NCBI GenBank assembly: GCA_012295275.1
Contig: CM022670.1
Location: 28,024,001-28,088,000 of the forward strand
DNA length: 64,000 nucleotides
Direction of reading: 5' to 3'
DNA from: Chrysomallon squamiferum
Taxonomy: Eukaryota > Animalia > Mollusca
Shown: positions 1 through 64,000 of the stretch, in pieces
Layout: each line of letters opens with the position of its first letter
Numbering within the stretch: position 1 is the stretch's first letter
Notes under the pieces: model-generated
What the model saw: the letters and a program-made list of their open reading frames with translations, nothing else
Database searches by the model: none
What the model was told of the DNA's origin: nothing
Made by a program: the position numbers and the translations under genes

Positions 1-33174
<33,174 letters not shown>

Positions 33175-33244
33175 CTCTGATCATTCTTAGAGTCAGAGCT
33201 TTGAAACGTCGCATTATGTACCCATTTTTTTATTAGTTTCTGTC

Positions 33245-33250
33245 AATAAA
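33245..33250 (+). terminator. Candidate polyadenylation signal of gene A
   Basis: First AATAAA after the stop; others occur downstream in AT-rich sequence, so weak. Confidence 0.25.
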
Positions 33251-35337
33251 CCAGTTTGTTTAACTCTTCTACTAAAATTATTGATAGTCTGTCTCTGTTT
33301 CTTTCTCTTTCTCTCAATCCTCACTCTCTTTCTTTCTCTGTTTCTTTATATCTCTGTTGCTCACTTTCTTTCTCTATCTTTGTATACATACATACACACA
33401 TACACATACATACATACGTATATAGATACATACATACATACATACATGCATATATATATATATATATATCAGATCGTGGATCTGCCTGCTGTTATTATGC
33501 AATATCTACATGTGAAAATTACTAATATTCTTTTAACCTAACTCAGACGTTCACGCACCAAGTAATTGTATATGCTGCAGTATGTGATATTTAGCTGTTT
33601 GTTTTTGATATACTTTTATACCAAAGATCTTCCGATTTGTGATATGCATATATGAAATTAATATAAAATAGCCTGGGATTGTGTCGCCTCCATATACCAC
33701 GTTTATAAATAGCGACACTTGAGATATAATTATTACAGTGTTATATCTAATCTGATTTGTCAGTTTTTATAAAAAGACATATACTAAATTGTAGTCAATA
33801 TTATAATAATAATAATGTATATATATATATATATATATAGTACAAATAAAAACAGAATATCATCAGTGTTTTATAATGTACCATGTGATTTGGAAATATA
33901 GTTAAGTGTACTTCTTACATCGACTAATGTTTATATTAATTCTTTTTAATTATTGTTGTTGATGATGCAGCTTCATTATGGTGAATATAAATATCTTCAA
34001 TATTACTTTATACGAACAAATAAAGCTGGTTTGGTTAAATTTGATTTTAATATAATTATTTTTTCCTTGATGTAGTTCATACAAATGAACTCAATATTCA
34101 CTTTAAGTCTTTTTTTTTTTTTTTTAATGTATTCATTCCAAAGTTTAAAAATCAAACTGCATAACGCGAAACAGAATCAAATGTGAAAATTATTATTAAT
34201 ATTATTATTAGTTCACTTTTTTATACTGATACTATATAATAAATATGTAACTAAATTAAAAAAATTTCTTCTCTGTTTATTTTATTTTTTCTGTAAAAAA
34301 AAAAATTAATAATAATAAATGATACATAAAATGTGTGTTAAATATACTTTCTATATAAAGTATTATTTTTATATCCTAAAACATAAATTATAAACTTTAA
34401 TAAATATATTAATAAATAAGTCTGCGTTATTTATTTGTAACCTTGTGTGTTTTGTATTTTGTTGTTGTTGTTGTTGTTGTTGTTAATGGAGGTTTGTGTG
34501 TGTATGCGATGGGATATTACTAATCCTTTTCCATGTTCCAAATAAATCATTGCTTAAACTGAATAAACAAACAAACAAATAAATAAATAGCATTATAACA
34601 AGATTCTATATCAGGAATCTGTGTACATTACTTTTCTTAAAAGCAGGTCATCAAAAAGAGATTTTAAAAAAAAGAGAGAGAGAAAGCGTGTTATTTTCAT
34701 ACTTTATTATCAACAACAACTGGACGCCCGTCACAAACAATCATTTCACAGAATATAAAATGTATTTCAGCTATTTAAATTTGTTCGTACAACCACAAAC
34801 AAGTTTTAAATCCAGTAGCTCATGACAATCAGTTTACTCTCACCAAGACCAAACACTGTTATTTTTAAACGTCCCCGTTTATATACCCATTTAACATCGG
34901 GACAAATTCCAATATCGTGAATCACTCGCGTGTCGAGTGCAGACTGTTTGTTCAGTGATGGCGTCCGTGCCAGTACTTATCTTGTCCCTCACAGACTCAG
35001 TTCTAACTGTGAATACTTTTAGTCAGTTTTTTAATAGGTTTGCTTTAAGACTTTAAATTGCATCTTATATAAACAAGATGAGAAAGTTGTTTTTAACGTG
35101 TTTGGCTCGAAAGACATGGGGTTGTTAGTAAGACAGTATTGATTAAAAATATGCCTGTTCCAGTGCGTTAAAGGTCCTGTACCAAACTCTTTAACTTAAA
35201 GGTTCTTTTCTTTTCCTTTTTATCATTATTTTATTCAGTGTCGTCTCATTCATTCTTGTGTCACTTATCGTCAGTTAATTGTAATTTATGTTTTTATTTC
35301 TGTTTAAAATCGTTTTTAGCATGTACTTAGCATGTTG

Positions 35338-35368
<31 letters not shown>

Positions 35369-36442
35369 TTTTCTTTTTTTTTTTTTTTTCTTTTTTTTTT
35401 GAGGGGTTGTTGTCTTTTTTGTCTTCTTATTAATTTTTTTTTTTTTTGTATTTTAATTTATTATAATTTTTAGTTTTTTTAGTTTTTTTCTTGTTTTTAT
35501 TTTTGCATGTTTGTTTCCGTTACGTTTAATAATTATGATGTTTAAAGACCTGACAGATAACGAGAGAACGCTACTAACAGACAGTAGGATTAGCAACAAA
35601 TAATATTGTATAATAATCTTATACAGAGGAAAGACAGCACATACCACGTTTTGTTAAAAATAAAATGGTCGTTTAGCTCAAGTGGAATAGCTTTTTACGG
35701 GCATCGAGGATACCTGACACTGCGTTCAGTCGCACCTCGACAGCTTTCACTGTATTAATTAGATGTGGTATAGATTATAAATTTTTGCTTAAAATAAACA
35801 ACAGAAATGTGATACTTTGATATAAATGAATAGGGAAATTAAGTAGAAAAACGTTAATTAAAATTGTTTTAATACATCTAAATTAAAAAAATAATGGTAA
35901 TATAAAATAAAATCTTAATGAAAGTCACTCTCGGTATATTTCAAAATGTATTCTTTAATTTCATTTTTCTTCTTTTTTATTAGTTATTATGTAGTATTAG
36001 AGATAGTTGTTGTGGTTGTAGCAGTAGTAGTAATCGTAGCAGCAGCAGCTTGTTATTAGAGTCGGTTTTTGTTTTACTTTCCTTCAATTTCTTTTCTTCT
36101 TCTTCTTCCTCTTTCTCAATCCTGTAATCATCATCAGTGTTATCAATAAACCTGCACAACAAAACAACATCCTGGGAGCCTACGAAAATGACTAACAAAA
36201 TGTACTACTTAAGAAATTCTCTGTGAAGGTGTGTGTGATGTGTATACTCCCGTAGTTTGCTCACGTCACAGACTGGCTAGCGTCTTACACAACGCATATT
36301 TGTGAATGAGACACGTGTTTGACAAAGCTCTGAAGAAATACGCGCCAAAATCTCGTTTATTCGTGGGATTATGTGCCAGGCAAACATGACTAGCGAGAAG
36401 AGCGCACCTTTGTGTTTCTCTCACTGACTGTCGCATGTACCA

Positions 36443-36780
36443 AAGGAAGACATTGTTTATTTAACGACACACTCGACACATTTTTAATCACGTTTAGATA
36501 TGACGACATAACTGTTAGTAATAGTTACACAAATAATGAGAGATGAAACCCGCTAAAGCTCATAATGGATTACTCTTTTGCAGTTTGCACAGCAAAGGAT
36601 TATATATGCACCTTCCCGTTTACTGAAAAGAATCTGACACGGTGTATTTAAAACAACAGTGCAGCACTCACTGGAATGGGAAATAGCTCTAGGAAAGTAG
36701 TGAGATACACTGAACCTTCGATCGACATTAACTTAACCATGAGCTGTAATTACTTAGCCACAATCCCCATCCCAGCTAAA
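36443..36780. mobile_element. Dispersed SINE-like repeat copy
   Basis: tgtttatttaacgacacactcgacacattttt...gaaacccgc...ggaatgggaaata is collinear with 63555-63840. Confidence 0.55.
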
Positions 36781-39644
36781 ACGTATTGGAAATTTTATCG
36801 TTCGTGCTTTGTACTACTACCCTTATTATTTTAGATGAATTTTCTGTGAATTTTCTATGAATCTTTAGTATATAATATGATTTATTATAAATATCTATAT
36901 CGTTACTGATCACTGATGAAATGAAAATTTGTAAAACCTGTTTAAGAAGCCCTGTAACAAGACTATGAAAAGATTGAGAATTGCACGGTTTATTTTTGGG
37001 TCAGAAACGTTTATTCTAACATTTTCTGTTTCCCTTTTTTCTGTCATTTCTGCTGAATGTATTTGGCTGCTGTCACTGAATAAGCGACTGCGTTTCTGGT
37101 TCTATATATCTATACCTAGACATGTTTAACAAAGGCCATGGCTGAGTTCTGCTGTTTTATGAAGAAACATATAAAAGATGTTTTATTCTTGAATGATTAT
37201 CTCGCCGGTTATTGTATGATGTGTCTGTGTGTGTGCGTGCGTGCGTGCGTGTGTGTGTGTGTATGTGTGTGAAAAGAAATGGATAGAGAAAGAAACAGAC
37301 CATACCAATATCACTTTTAGAACGATTCTACAATTCATCAGCTAACTAAAATATAAATATATTTAAACTTCATTACCGGCTGTTCAGTTTTGATAATTGC
37401 TCAGACCTGGAATCACACTGTGTCATGTTGAACACGCCTAACAACTGGACACAAATCTGCGTTTGTTTGTTAACACGTTGTTATTAAACTCGTTTTTCCG
37501 TGTCCTTGCAATTCCAGCACTCTAGGGAAAGTGTAGAAAACTATTACAAACGTCTCGCCTGTTTGACCAAGTGCCCTGAATTCTCCGAATTGGTGGAACC
37601 TTTTCCTTGCTGGGGATACAAATTACTTACGTGGAGTATTCTGAATGGTTGTCATACTTCCTGTTTCCAGTGCGCTAACGTGGTTAAATAAAGTGCCATG
37701 AATTTTAACTTGTTTAATATTTCAAAGTAATTTCAAAAGGAATTACTGTATTTTATTAATTGCTCGTAGCTGAAGGAGTTACAGTAATAACTGTAGTAAT
37801 TGCTGTTTAGATCATTACAATTATAGCTACAATTATTAGTAAAGCAGTTCTCCGTTTTATAATGTTCATTCTGAAACACGAGTTTGCGACTGATTCTTAA
37901 ATATTAGTAACTGATATAGTTGTGGTTTTGGTTCTTCTTCTTTTTATTATTGTTGTTATAGTTGTTGCTGCTGCAGTTATGTGTCCACGGGGCACAAATG
38001 CAGTTATTTAATGTTCTGATGACAAGGCTTACCTTAATGATAAAACATCAGACTAAGACTAAAAAAATGGTGAAGTTACGAATTTCAAATTTTGAAAAAG
38101 ATCGGTCATTATTTAAATTATGACATCATCGTTACCCCCATGGAATCCGCTCCTAGGCTTGCTAGCGTCCGCCTGGACAATTAAAGGTGTCACCTAAAAC
38201 TGTAGATTCACGCCTACACACAGCTCAGTCCCAAACAGCCTCTCTGTTGACCGACGGACGTTCCCATTTGAAATTATTAAACAAAGTGGCGTGGTCTTGA
38301 AGAAAATAAAAGCGATCTTAAGATATAATAATTACGATTAATGGAAAACAAAGAGAACATCTTATCGCAGTATTCACTTTATTATCATTCATCGGACATT
38401 TCAAGACAGTTTATACTGACTGAATTTTCATTGTGTGTCATTTTATAATTGTGCCGATTACAGTAGGTTAAGTCATTTTTACCGACTTATTCACTGAATT
38501 GCAGAAAAAACGAAAGATCTTGAATTTCAAAGAAAAATGTTATTTTATTTTATTTTTTCATTTATGAATTTTTTGGTTCATTCATTCAATTTTATTTCAT
38601 TTTATTTGGTTTTATTATTATTATTATTTACTTTGTTTAATTATTATTGTTGTTGTTTTGTTTAGAGGTGTTTGCTTCTTAAATATAGAATCTGCAGTAA
38701 GTTATTTAGTCATAATCGCCATTTTTGTCACACAGAGTGAAAACATTTTCTATGACACTTCCTACAAATATACAACATCTCTCTATGTATGTCTGTTTAT
38801 CCAATTAAAATATACATGAACACTTGCAGATACCTAAGCATACTGAGCTGTTTTGTTATTTAATCATTGTCTGTGTGTTTCTGTCTGTCTATGTGTATGA
38901 TATTTAGTAATTACAAATAAAAACGTCAAAAGAAAAAATATAATTGATTCATCTTTTTTACCTGTTCATGTTTATAACGGTCTGCCACTACTATCTTAAT
39001 TACAAATTCATTTTTAAAAATGAGAATTGAAACAGATAATAAATAAATAACAGGAAATAAAATCTGACTTTTAACAATTAATTTCCTGACCCAGCATCTA
39101 ATTACATTTAATACTTCCGAACGGTAAGTACAGAAAACCGCTGTTTTTCAAACCACAACCTCGGAGACAGAACAATGCGGGAAGCTCAAGTCAGCCTCAG
39201 TTTAACCGTTGAGCCATCTTTCCTGTTCGTGCATCCATCCCTTGATCCTAGCGCTCCAGGTATTTGTGTCGCTCTCTGAGCAGGGTCATAAAGAGCGATC
39301 GTTTGTTAACGAGCTCAAATCCCGTGTTTGTTCGTGTTATTCGACGAGTTTAGGCTGCACCTCTGTGTTTGGTATATCAAAGGGTGGCGCCATTGTCACA
39401 TGCATACCATCACCAACGAGGTGGCAACAAAACGCTGCAGTGACGTCACATACATCTTATATTTGTTTTTTTAATCATTTATTTTATTTTCATTAAGTGT
39501 CAGCGTGGGAGTAAAATAGAAGTGTGTCGTATATATTTTGATTTATCACAGAAAGTGAGAGTTATTTAATCCTCAAGTGAAAAAGTGAATCTGACATTTT
39601 CGGATAGGAACGATAATATTTGGATTATAAGTGTGAAGCTGAAA

Positions 39645-62098
<22,454 letters not shown>

Positions 62099-63554
62099 AC
62101 AAACAAAAACAACAAATATTGAAAAATTAAAACAATACACACAGGAACAGAAAAGACCATATGTTTTTATCACTGGGCGGAAATATGTAAACATTTAATG
62201 TGATTTCTTTCTTATTTATTTATTTATTTATTTATTTTTTTAATTATTATTATTTTTTATTATATATATATTTCATTAATTTTCATGTGAGATGTGATTT
62301 CATACGGTATTAAAGAGAGGATGCTCGGGAATGTCTGGTGGGGTTTTAGTTGTGTTTTGTTATTTTTCTTTCATAAACATTATTACTGGACAAATACGTA
62401 GGAACTAGTAGTTTTTAAAAACTTATTTTAAAAAAAACGTATTTATTAATTTACTTTTTTCATTTTTTGGTTTTAGGATAGATCATTTAAAATTATATAT
62501 TTGGTAACATGTAATTTAATTTCCTGCAACCAACAACTATTTTTAAATATGTCTTCATAATGAGATACACTATTTTTAAATATGTCTTCATAATGAGATA
62601 AATATGTTTGTTTTAACAGTCAGCTTACTTCTTTTTTTGTGAGAAATATAATTTTTATCAATGTTATTTTTAAAAGCATTTTGGCAATATTAAATGACTT
62701 GTAAATAGTGTAAAAGATTTAGTATAAACATTTATATCTGTGATTAAAGTTTACATTATATATATATAGTTTATGTAAAATTAATACAGTTTGTAATATT
62801 TTTTTTATTAATTAATCATGCAGTGTTAAAATATAAATAAAACTTTCTGATACTTATACTAATAATACTAAATATTATAAATAAATATTTCACTGATTAT
62901 CTTGAGAAAATAACACGTTATTCAGCTGACTTCACCAACTACTGTTACCAGACAGGAAAATACATAAAATAAATCATAGAACAGAGTCGTATCATAATTT
63001 GTACATGTATTATTATATGTATCATATATGTCTATACAACTGTGTGTGTGTATACAGAGTATGCGTGTATAAACGTACGTATACAAGTTATATTAATGAT
63101 ACTAATAATAGTGTGATAAAATGATATGATCGTGATTAAATGTATATTTTAAACTAATTTGAACAGAATGTGCCACTGTATTTGCCTGTGTAGTTAATTA
63201 AATGATTTATGATATCAGCATTAACTGTATATTTAAATTAATTTGATCAGTCTGTGCCATTTTATTTGCCATTATTGTTTATATTTTTACTGTTTTGTTA
63301 ATACTAGACAGGTGCGGGACACTTGGACTCAGTCTATTGTGTGTGTTTCTTCTAGTCACAACGACATCAAATACACAATGATGTAATATCGTTTGTAAAT
63401 ACATTCCAGTAATATGTAAATTTTTTACTTTTTGTATAAAATAAATAAAAATAATATATCTGCTTTTACCATTTGTTTGTGGAGTTTTTCTTGATCATGG
63501 ATAATTTACAAATAAATTATTTTCATCAGTCACAACTACTTCATCAGGCACACA

Positions 63555-63840
63555 ATGTTTTATTTAATGACACACCCAACACATATTTTAGTTAATAATT
63601 TTAATCAGATGTTATTTAGCATTAGACTTACTGGTAGTACCTATACGGGAAATAAAGAAGAAACCTGCAGATTTCAAACATTAAGCTATTTTAGCAGATG
63701 AGGATCTTTTGTTAAACATACCCACAGACAGGAACATAAGTGTTATTATGGCTTTTGATAAATCAGCTGTGGGGTACTGGTTGGAATGGGAAATACGTAT
63801 GGTTAGGCGGATTCATCACAACTCAGACTGAGCCAGTGTC
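63555..63840. mobile_element. Dispersed SINE-like repeat copy
   Basis: atgttttatttaatgacacacccaacacat...cccacagacagg...ggttggaatgggaaata, related to 36443-36780. Confidence 0.55.
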
Positions 63841-64000
63841 TGTGTCTGGCACAGTGATATCACCTCAGTACATAACTGTGTTCAATCTGATATAATAGTT
63901 TAAAATCTATATTTCAGAGACTTGTTTAACAGTAGTAGTAGTAGTAGTAGTAGTAGAACTAGCAGTAGCAGCAGTAGTAATAGTAGTAGTAGTAATAGCA

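Noticed and set aside
34680-35200. Possible transposon fragment after gene A
   Set aside because: Looks repeat-like but no TIR, TSD or second copy could be shown within the window.
39441-39448. TGACGTCA (CRE) about 200 bp upstream of the gene B ATG
   Set aside because: Single 8-mer with no TSS data; not enough to call a promoter.
37500-39496. Intergenic ORFs 37500-37691 and 39209-39496 as a third gene
   Set aside because: Short, non-ATG starts, no recognisable motif or supporting exon chain; more likely promoter/UTR region of gene B.

Overview
AT-rich, microsatellite-laden animal genomic DNA (spliceosomal GT-AG introns; invertebrate, probably a mollusc - inference only). Reading exons by hand shows two head-to-tail + strand paralogous genes for type I membrane proteins. 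Gene A (<1-33174, 5' end outside the window, 57 exons seen, about 3,100 aa seen) is a Ser/Thr stalk, 27 highly diverged ~105-110 aa repeats, a TM helix and a Tyr-motif/NPxY tail. Each repeat is built from an alternating long (3n+2 nt) and short (3n+1 nt) exon. Gene B (39645-61192/62098, about 1,810 aa) is an atypical Notch-ligand-like protein: signal peptide, C2/MNNL, four DSL domains, 11 EGF repeats, mucin stalk, 6 copies of the same repeat, a TM helix and two duplicated alternative cytoplasmic exons. The repeat looks like a divergent SEA/Notch-HD-type alpha/beta module (inferred, not searched). Gene A has a furin site in repeat 26 and four single-base lesions that may be assembly errors. Introns hold several MITEs, SINE-like copies and mini/microsatellites.
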